DNA of 32,531 bases from contig ADNK01002986.1 in assembly GCA_000320545.1 (NCBI GenBank), forward strand, positions 1 through 32,531. Reading direction: 5' to 3'. Shown piece by piece: positions 23,557-32,531 of this stretch. Below the pieces are notes generated by a model. The model did no database searches, had not been told where the DNA came from, and was given only the letters and a program-made list of their open reading frames with translations. The DNA comes from Bigelowiella natans CCMP2755 (taxonomy: Eukaryota > Protista > Cercozoa). The translations under genes were made by a program, and so were the position numbers. The stretch's first letter is position 1, and every line of letters starts with the position of its first letter.

Positions 23557-24088
23557 GTCGTTCTTAAAAGATGCAGGGGACTTTCAACATTTTTACTCTC
23601 GCGACACACTTCCTATGCTTCGTAACTACTGGGGCGAAGCAGCAGAAACCACCTGGACACCCTTTCAATCAATCACTTCCCCGACACCCCTACCCTCCCT
23701 TTCTCGAAGCGAACCACTATGAGCGCTGTTGCTGAGCCAAAACGCACGGTAGTTACTCCATGAGATTGTACATTCACAGATGTCGTATCGAAAGGATGAA
23801 TTCACGTACTCTCGAAATTGCATGGAAGAAATTTCCGTCGTATGCGAGAGGTTTCTTACACTTGCACGTTTCTCTCTTTCAGTCTGCCCGGATTGCGAAA
23901 GGAAACTCAAAGTATTCCGGAATCGATCGTATGCGAAAGAAGATTCGGATCGATAGCTCGAAAACATACGTATGTGCCATATTTTTATTCCACAAATGAT
24001 GAGGTAATGAGCTTGTCTGCTTCATTTCCAGAATAACTACGAACTCGAGTACGAGTCACCGAAGAACGGAAGGCTTCCAGGAAGCAAG

Positions 24089-24770
24089 ATGGAACCAACA
24101 ACTCTTGGGAGAAATATGAGGCGCTCTGCCTTACCGCGAATCGACGAGGAGACAGCCTTGATGAAGAAAATATATGAAGAAGCAGATGAGCGCGACGATA
24201 ACAGTGACACAGAGGATTTGGACTCCATAACGGATGTTCCCGAAGCAAATCCCATGGACATGATCAGGTGCAATACTTTACTTACTTCTATTATTCATTG
24301 CAATGAACATATTTTGCTATCTATCTACCAGCGCTGCGGCGACAACCGTCGAACTCTGCGTGCAGTCTAAGAACATCGCCATTTTGGAACACCAGTGCAT
24401 GATTGTCCAGCAAGATTTTGATATGATGCAGGCAGAAAAAGAGGAAGAGATTGAAAAGGAAAAGCAAGCCCGTATGCAGGCTGAAAAGCGTGCTCGAGAG
24501 GCTGAGGAGAGATGCAAAGAGCTATACGAACAGCTTATGGATGTGAAGTGTAAGCTTTTTGAGAAAGCAGGAGAGATTAAAGCAGCAGCGCGGACCCACC
24601 AAAGCCCCTCAACTCCGCAGGAAGAACCTGTTCCTTTCACTGAGACTTCAACCCCTGGAAAACAGCAGCGAAAGCGCAATCGCGGGATTCAAGCTTCACC
24701 AGTACCTTCCCCTGGGACGAAAATAACTTGCAAGAAGCTCCGACTGATAACGCGTCAAAAAAGCTTTTAA
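24089..24770 (+). CDS. Two-exon coiled-coil hypothetical protein
   Basis: Exon 1 MEPTTLGRN...MDMI, GT-AG intron ~24268-24331, exon 2 SAAATTVELC...AEKEEEIEKEKQARMQAEKRAREAEERCKELYEQL...QKSF*. Confidence 0.72.
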
Positions 24771-25079
24771 TCGGAAAAAATGAGAGCTTTGTCAAGCCAA
24801 ATAAGCTTGTCCTGGAGATTTATAGCTAAGTTTCCTCTTAAATTATCCATTAAATTATTGTAAGTACCGTTTAGTTTTTATTGGTGCCTGTCATTTTGAG
24901 TAATTCTAATCTGATTTTCTCTGCCCCGTTTTGTAAGAGAAAAATACAAAAGTTGTAAAAATTATAGATAAGTTCATCGATCAATTCTTCCTATGTATTA
25001 GTGGGACAATACTCAAATTTTCACCTGATAAATTCGTTTGGGAGTAAGTGCGTTCAAAACTAAGTAGTATTTGACAACT

Positions 25080-25083
<4 letters not shown>

Positions 25084-25116
<33 letters not shown>
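25084..25116. repeat. (CT)n microsatellite
   Basis: Perfect CT dinucleotide run seen directly. Confidence 0.95.
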
Positions 25117-25118
<2 letters not shown>

Positions 25119-25718
25119 TACCATCTTCTTATCAATAGAACATGAAATGATGAACATGTCTCGACATCGAACAGTTTGAGCTAGTCATTGTCGTTGTGGC
25201 TGCAAAAACTGTGGTACGTTGTTTTTGAACATTGCTGTAAAAGCATTCAAAATGAACTAGTGTAGCTAAAATGAGATTGCACAAGTGCACTTAAGGCATG
25301 TGCAGATGTGCACATCTAGACACATGTGTACCAGTGCATTGCTACTGTTGGTAAGCCTGACATCACTAGATTGCTCGTAGCTTGTCTAGCCGCCGTGCTA
25401 GCGCGTCATGACCACTAGACCATGCCCCACATTTTACTTCCTTAGCTGCTAGCTGCTGTGGATTTTTGCTGTGTCATTTTTGACGAAGATTGTTTTTCAC
25501 AAAAGATGTGCTAGCATTGCATGTGATATGCCTGCAATGTGATTTTCATCACGCGTCATTTTAGCAATTTAGTTTGGCAGTGGCGCTGTGGCGCTACGCT
25601 AGAGCACTGGAGTAGCTAGCTAGGTCGTCTGGTCGTCAGTGCTGAGTGGGCAAATTTTGTGCAATGTGATTTTGCATTTCATGTGCGCATTTTCGCATTT
25701 TTTGCCCTAGCACTGCTA

Positions 25719-26459
25719 CACTGCTGATGCTAGCTAGCCATGATGGCAGGCTAGCTAGCTAGCTAGCTAGCAGCGAAATGAAACATGGCTTGTTGGGGCA
25801 TGCTGGCATGGTCACAACACACGGCGCCATTCCAGCATTGCTAGATTGCACGGACGCGTTCGTGCGCTGTTTGCACCAAGCCTGCTGCTAGCTGCTAGCC
25901 TGGACCCGTCTAGCAGCCATTGCCAAATTGCACCATTCGCCTCACTAGCTCAATTGTTTGCGGCAATCTAGCAATGCAACACACGCGCATGCTGGCATGA
26001 GTGGTGCGATGAGTTGTCATGCAGAAATGTCTAGCTACACTAGGTGTTTTGGTCCACAGCACCAGAGCTAGAGAGCACTGGAGCACTCAACTCTGGAACT
26101 GTTGGACTGACTGCATTCAGTCAATCCAGCGTGCCAGCAATCACTTGCCAGCTTGCACGCGCACTCGCTGTGGTTCAGTGATGCCAGCCATGACAAGCCA
26201 GAGTGATCCACTAGACCTGGTTCCAGCTAGCTAGCTAGAGAGGTGAATGCGTCGGACAGCAAGTGCACTGCTAGACTGGTCCAGTGGTGTCTAGGTGTGG
26301 GAGTGTGGGTGTGCAACGCTGAACCTTGTTGAGTGAACAAACAGGTGAGTGAACAAACGAAGCAGTCGTTCTGGAGTTCCTCAGGAGCAATTGACAGGAT
26401 CGTGAGTTGCGCCAACAAACTCATTGTGATGCGCGCACGACCGCACTGTTCCCGCTGGC
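25719..26459. other. TpA-depleted, CTAG-enriched intergenic zone B
   Basis: Hand count: 23 TA in 741 bp, 22 in CTAG and one in CTAC (26036). (CTAG)5 at 25751-25770. No CCGG. Confidence 0.9.
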
Positions 26460-26795
26460 TAACTAGCCCGGCTAGCCGGCTCGCCAGGGCGTGCGTGTCT
26501 TGTGCGGGATTCAGCTCTGAGAGCCCTAGAGTTAGCCTAGCGTGTCTCGTAGCGTGTTCTGGTGTGTGATGTTGTCGCATCTACCAAATTCCCTTCCCTT
26601 CACATGAAAAGAACTATCTGTCATTCTCGGTTCTCGGTACCCTATGCTGTGCAACCTACCATCGTCTAGCAAATCGCTCTTGAACTTTTGTCGCATAGAA
26701 GAAACACAAGCCATTTTCAACGTTTCTTCGCTGTACGCCTCGCGAACATATCTCGAGATATCTCGTCCCGCTCCCAAAGGTAGAACAAGCAATCC

Positions 26796-28181
26796 ATGTC
26801 CACCGATACGAAGAAAGGCAAGACGGGTTTCGCAACCCGAGCTATCCACGCAGGGCAAGATCCTGACCCAACTTCTGGGGCTGTGTCCACACCCATCAGT
26901 CTTGCGACTACTTTCGTGCAAAGATCGCCAGGTAGTCTTCCGCATGAGAAAGAGGGAAGATTTCAAACTGTTTGTCGTTGTGCGGTGTGAGGTCACTCAA
27001 GGCAGTGCAGATCGCCTGAGCTTAGAAGAAATTATGCATAGGTGAGCACACCGGGTTTGAGTACTCACGGACGGGCAACCCTACAAGGAAGGTAAGAGCC
27101 AAACATAGCAATCATCCCGCAGCGCACAAGTTGAGCTCGATTGATTCTCTGGCCCAATCCTTTGTTCAATACGCAGGCATTCGAGGAGTGCCTTGCGAGC
27201 GTGGAGAACGCCAAGTATGCACTGTGTTTTGCCTCAGGATCGGCCGCAACAGCCACCATCATCCACATGCTTAATTCCGGAGACCATGTGATCTCTATCG
27301 ACGACGTTTATGGCGGCACAAACCGCTATTTCAGCCGTGTCGCGCGACCTGCAAGCGGGCTCAAGTTCTCCTTCGTGGACCTCACCAAGAAGGGTGCGCT
27401 GGCCGCTGCTGTAAACGGGAGGACAAAAATGGTTTGGCTCGAGACTCCGACGAACCCCACGCTCAAGGTAACTGATATCCAAGCCACGGCCAAGGAATCG
27501 AAGCGGCTTGGGCTAACACTTGTCGTAGACAATACGTTTTCCTCTCCCGCGATCCAAAACCCGCTCGATCTGGGCGCGGATATTGTTGTCCACTCCATCA
27601 CCAAGTACATCAACGGCCACAGTGACGTGGTCATGGGCTGCGTTGCCACAAACAACCCTAAAATCTACGAAAAACTCAAGTTTCTTCAGAACGCGATTGG
27701 TGCTGTTCCTTCTCCCTTTGACTGCTATATGGCTATGCGTGGCCTCAAGACGCTCCATATTCGCATGCAGCAACACACCAAGAACGCGACGGCGGTGGCC
27801 TCGTTCCTAGAGGCGCACCCTAAGGTCGAGAGAGTCATCTATCCTGGCCTCAAGTCGCACCCTCAGTATCAAGTTGCAAAATCCCAAATGCGTATGGCTG
27901 GTGGGATGGTCACTTTCTTCCTCCGCGGCGGAATCAAGGAATCGCGCCAGTTTCTCGAGAATCTCAAGATCTTCGCGCTCGCCGAGTCTCTCGGCGCCGT
28001 TGAGTCTCTCGCCGAGCATCCGGCCATCATGACACATGCCGCAGTCCCCCCCGATCAGCGTAAGAAACTCGGTATCAGTGACTCCCTTGTGAGGCTTTCA
28101 GTAGGCATTGAAAACGTTGAGGACTTAATAGCTGACCTCAGGCAAGCCCTGGCCGCTGTCACACTAGCCTCAAAATTATAG
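26796..28181 (+). CDS. CTH: Cystathionine gamma-lyase (PLP-dependent transsulfuration enzyme), 3 exons
   Basis: Exons 26796-26931, 27042-27091, 27177-28181. Motifs GFATRAIHAGQ, YSRTGNPTR, FASGSAA, DDVYGGT, LETPTNP, VVDNTF, HSITKYINGHSDV (PLP lysine), ESLGAVESL, LVRLSVGIE. Confidence 0.95.
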
Positions 28182-28616
28182 GGCGTGTGTGTTAAATACC
28201 GTACTTTGGCCGCTGGAAAGAATTGTTCTCATAGGCGTGCTGTCACATGTGCATGATTTCCATGTCATACGATGATCATTTAGCCAAAAAAAGCTCCACA
28301 AATGAAACGACATTTGAAAACGCAATCGGAGTAAGTTTCAGTATATCAGTTCAAAAATCCGGCGCGTCACTTGCATAATTTGCGTCCGCGGCAATGACAT
28401 GATGGGCAGGCATGCACATTGCACATACACGTCTAAAACACTTTGCTACTTATTGAGAGCTGCTAGCTCACATGTTATTACTCAGGCCGAACATTTACTA
28501 AACCTGGCATAACACATCTGCGGTGCACGCACATTACAAGTGGAAATTACGACCGAACCCATGCACTATTGCATACTATGCTTGTTTCATGCTAGCATGT
28601 AGCCGTTCGGCCCTTA

Positions 28617-29175
28617 CTACGATGCAGCACGGTAAGACCTTTCATCTAAGATGAGGGGTGGAAACTCCCACATGTGGGCCTTACTTTCCTCCATGGCGGA
28701 ACGTTCTCTCTAACCCAATAGTGACGATCAGGGAATCACCGCAACGAAGCAAACGAATCAAAATCGGAAACTTCTTCACCATTGTACACACACCCTCTGT
28801 TCTGTTTAGAGCAAACTATATGGCTTACATATGCATACTATGCATGTATTACACGACTCATATATTTATAATACATGCTGCTTATCTCTAATGACACCAT
28901 TATTGGAACCTTTACATGCGCCGAACGCACAGGATCCGGAAGAGATTTGAGGCGGATTTCGTATCTAAGAACACACAGCAGTAGCAGCAGCAGCAGCAGC
29001 TTATATGAGCGATCGGTTCAGAATGCAAACGACAGAAATGGCTTGTTCAGGAGAGAGTGGAAACCCCCCCCGTCGCATTTCTAACAAAATTTGTTCGGAC
29101 ACTGTCGAAAATAGGTGATTTCCGTTATCAACATCATGGTTAAACACGTGAGGGGCATGAGCAAGGTGAGTGCGA

Positions 29176-29214
<39 letters not shown>

Positions 29215-30048
29215 TCTCTATCGAGGTGGAATTGGGAAACACTTCATACGCTTTCTCAAATTTGCCGATACGGTCTGCTAGGTACAACGATGCCTTTTGT
29301 TCCAATAAGTACAGACATCGGCAAATAGATGAGTCGTCAACGAGCACACGGTGCGGTGGCTTGATTAAGAAAAAAAGGATCCACCTCTTTGCCATATTCG
29401 CGGACGAAACATCGCAAGATGTTGAAACTGTTGCGCTCCACATCTTTCTCGTAGTCGAACCTGTCGCACATCCAACCACACACACACACGGAGAGAAAGA
29501 GAAAAGGGGGGGGGGGGGGAGGGAGTGAGAGGACGCATCATCTCAATGTACTCTGGCATGAAAGGTGTACCCATAACATCTTACACACACAAGCAGCTTT
29601 TACTACTTACAAGTCGTCCGCGATGTCCACCAAGTGCTCATTAAGGAACATGAACTACGAATAGCACACACACACACACACACACACACACCCGTACAGA
29701 TGCGTCAGGAAAGAGAAAGAGAGGGAGAGAGGGAGAGAGATGTGACCAAATCTTCAGTTATAAACAGGGATGATAGGGAGATCATGATTCCGCCGCCAAA
29801 CCGCACCCCCACCACCATCATCATCGTCTTCTCAATTCCTCACTCTTTCTTCACCTCAAAAACCCCCTCATCATACGGCTGGCGAGTCAGCAGGCAAAGA
29901 AGCCTGGGCATGCACATTAATGTAACAAGCAACGCGGAGTATGAGCAGGCAGTCTGGGGTAAATGATAGGGTGCGTGGGGCCTTTTTCTTCAAATAATGA
30001 ACGATTCCGTATGCGATATCAATAGTACCAAACAAAACGTACATACAA

Positions 30049-30082
<34 letters not shown>

Positions 30083-31772
30083 ATATTTATGTATAATGTC
30101 TTTTCCGTTATAGCACCACCCCTCCCCCTCAACCGCCTTCAGCTCCCAGACAAGCCTACATCCAGTAACCTATGCAGCACTCGATAGTCAAAGCTCTTGT
30201 CTTCGGACGCAAGTAATGCCTCTTTGATGAAAGCGCTCTGCTCGCCCTCTCGAGGGGGAGTATGCACCGTCTCCTTCGCCCGAAATCTCTTTCTTCTTCT
30301 GCTGCTGCTGCTGCTACTACTACTACTCTCAGCGTTCTTCATTCTCTTGGTACTATTACATTTGCTACTGATACTACTGCCGCTTTCTCCTTCATCATTC
30401 ATCTTCGCCGCCGCCGCCGCCGCCGCCTTCTCCCCCCTCCCCTGATCGTGACACTCCTTATCCTTCCTGCGCTCGCTTCTGATATGATCGCAGCGGGTGA
30501 GGGCCTTGCAAATGGACCTCTCGCGCTCCCAGTATCTGCCAGCAACAAGAAAGTCGAGAAAAATCAGACGATAGGAGGGGCGGAAGAAAAGCCAGATCTT
30601 CGATTTCCATGCGGATTCCTCTGATTGCTACTCGCTGTCTCCAACGAAACCTCATCGAGAAGATATTGCGTCCGAATAAATAGCAGCGGCAGCACTTATA
30701 GCAGCAAGTCTCGTTATGCATCGGTGGCGTTTATATATTCCAACCTGATCCCCTTCCGCAGCTCGGTAGCCACCTTCTCATCATACAGCTCTTTTGCCTG
30801 CAGCACGCCGATGAGCCCGCTTTGGTGGATGAGTGGGGGCAAACTCAGACGTCGTTGTCGTCGCACGTACGTGTGTGCGTGTATACGAATCGCCAAACAC
30901 ACGTTGCGAAGCTATCATCTCTCACCCCTTTATTCTTTACCCTCCATCACCTGAGAATGCGGTCGAAGTCTTCTGTTGGAGCCGTGTCGCCTCTTTGTGT
31001 CTGCTCCTCATTCAGCTCGTCGAGCTGCATCACGCACGGGCATATCAGTAAGAGATTTCTCGTGTACAAAACTCAGTTTTTCTATGGGCTTGAGAAAGTG
31101 ATATCATCCCCAGCTCCCTTGCACATCACCTCATAAATTGTGGCCTCCACGAATGTTAGCACGGGGAAAAGCTTCAGATATTCTATAGTTACAAGGATAG
31201 ACGACGAAACGACACGAGCAAGATGGTGAAAATTACGGCGGTGCTTACTTGGTTGGAAGGGGGGGGGAAGGGGGGCTCGTGCAACTACCCCAACTCACCC
31301 TTCCTCCCCCCACCCCCCGATTCTTGTGATACCAGCTGGTCCGAGGCCATAAAGAATAAAATAGCTTTTCACGAAGTCTTCAATCGTTGTCTGTGCCCGA
31401 TCAAGCGACCTATTGAGGATGCGCTGAATCATCAGAAGCTTTCCGTGCAATGCGAATGTTTTCGAGAATCTTGCATCGATTTTTTTTTTTTAATAATAAT
31501 TCTTTCGATTCCATCACCGTGAGGAGATCGTCCTCATCCGAGCGAAGTCCGACGCCCTTTGTTCGGGGGGGGGAGAAAAGCTAATGCATTTTTCGGGACA
31601 TTCAACTAGAAAACAGGTGTGACGAAGAACGTTACCTTGACTTCTGCTGCAGCTTTTTATTCCGTCCACGCAAAGCCTCTAACCTCGCCATCGCATTGTC
31701 GACGGTCGGAAGCGGAGGGGGCAACGAAGCCCTCTTTTCGTCAGGGTCGGGGACAGCGTTGGGACAACGCAT
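28617..31772 (-). CDS. Multi-exon uncharacterised protein with a terpenoid-synthase-like Asp-rich motif
   Basis: Spliced: MRCPNAV...TIEDFVKSYFILYGL...YLKLFPVLTFVEATIYE|LDELNEE...GIR|YWERERSICKAL...KSFDYRVLHR|LLCLLTRQPYDEGVFE|FMFLNEHLVDIADDL|FDYEKDVERNSFNILRCFVREYGKE|ASLYLADRIGKFEKA|YEIRLKSLPD...|RERSAMEESKAHMWEFPPLILDERSYRAAS*. Resembles, from memory, an uncharacterised plant/algal family. Start codon tentative. Confidence 0.8.
29179..29210. repeat. (GA)n intronic microsatellite
   Basis: Seen directly. Confidence 0.95.
30052..30080. repeat. (TA)n intronic microsatellite
   Basis: Seen directly. Intact TA run inside a predicted intron. Confidence 0.95.
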
Positions 31773-32064
31773 TGTGTAAAAGGAATTGTTGTAAATGTTG
31801 TAGGTATTTCATTCGATAAATATTGATATAATTGGTATAATAATATTCTAAGTTTTCGCAACGTCTCGGATAACTACTGAACTTCCGAGCCGCGGTTTTC
31901 CTTCTTGATTCTGGAAGAAAATCATCGATCGACTTTCACATCTGAGAATAAACTTTTCTTCGAGATACTCGGCATATTTGTTGTTGTTATTATAGTTTTC
32001 ATTGAGTTGATTTCGTCTAGAATTTATCCTGGAAATATCTGCTTTGTGTCCTGTCATCGGCTCT

Positions 32065-32335
32065 CATTGCCTCAGATACCCATCTTCAGTGATAGCAGGG
32101 AAGCCATGGCAGTTTTGCTCTGCGACGTCTAGTTCGCTCCTGAAGAGACACAAGAACCCATCCTTTTCATCTTCATTTGGCGCGTGTGAGTTTCTTGGTT
32201 GAAGGGCAAAAGAGGGTGGGACGATAGCTTCCATCCGTGTAGTCTACTCATCGCAGCGATAGGCAGGTAACATGAGTTTCCCGTTCGCTATTTGCGATGC
32301 CAGTGACCGAGAATTTTCCCTGGCTTCATTTCCTT
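32065..32335 (-). CDS. Probable terminal exons of another minus-strand gene, or extra 5' exons of the previous gene
   Basis: Phase-compatible pieces GNEARENSRSLASQIANGKLMLPAYRCDE|SELDVAEQNCHGFPAITEDGYLRQ*. No recognisable motif. Confidence 0.35.
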
Positions 32336-32531
32336 CGAAGTGTGTGTATGCGCGCACTTCAAGTTGTACAGCGTGGTGATTCTTGCAATTTTTCCTTTTG
32401 CATATCGTACCCATCGCTAATGTTAGGATCCTGCTGCTGCTTCACCTCAAAGTCGCAAATATAATTCTCACCACCCAATTCACCCGGGGCAAATGAATAC
32501 AGCTCATTAATTAATGACTCTCTCTCTCTCT

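Noticed and set aside
26330-26358. 13-bp direct repeat TGAGTGAACAAAC x2 upstream of CTH
   Set aside because: Only two copies in a skewed-composition zone; no support for a regulatory role or target-site duplication.
26019-26580. ORFs in zone B
   Set aside because: Same stop-depletion artefact: Tyr-free, no motifs.
20760-28181. Sulfur-themed cluster of the CxxC/DUF4395-like gene and cystathionine gamma-lyase
   Set aside because: They are separated by an unrelated gene in a eukaryotic genome; proximity alone is not evidence.
1-32531. CRISPR arrays, rRNA/tRNA genes, intact transposons
   Set aside because: I recognised no spaced repeats, RNA-gene signatures, transposase/RT/integrase motifs or terminal repeats by eye.

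Overview
Gene-dense, intron-rich eukaryotic nuclear DNA. Gene style suggests a protist or alga, possibly a chlorarachniophyte (inference only). I spliced about ten genes by hand from GT-AG junctions: the 3' part of a hypothetical gene (to 1824, +); a ~36-exon PPEF/RdgC-type Ser/Thr phosphatase (3719-8475, +); an intronless hypothetical (-) diverging from an intronless SMP-30/gluconolactonase (+); an RRM protein (-); a hypothetical with a Tudor-like segment (+); an RGS domain fused to a DUF4395-like membrane CxxC domain (-); a coiled-coil protein (+); cystathionine gamma-lyase (+); and a protein with a terpenoid-synthase-like Asp-rich motif (-). The most striking unexplained signal is intergenic. 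Two long spacers have lost almost every TpA except those inside CTAG. Hand counts: 2326-3347 has 16 TA, all in CTAG, and 474 bp with no TA; 25719-26459 has 23 TA, 22 in CTAG. Both are rich in TG/CA, contain no CCGG and carry (CTAG)n microsatellites, while neighbouring introns are TA-rich. This looks like a compartment-specific TpA->TpG/CpA hypermutation process, the reverse direction of fungal RIP. All counts and gene models are manual; no database searches were run.
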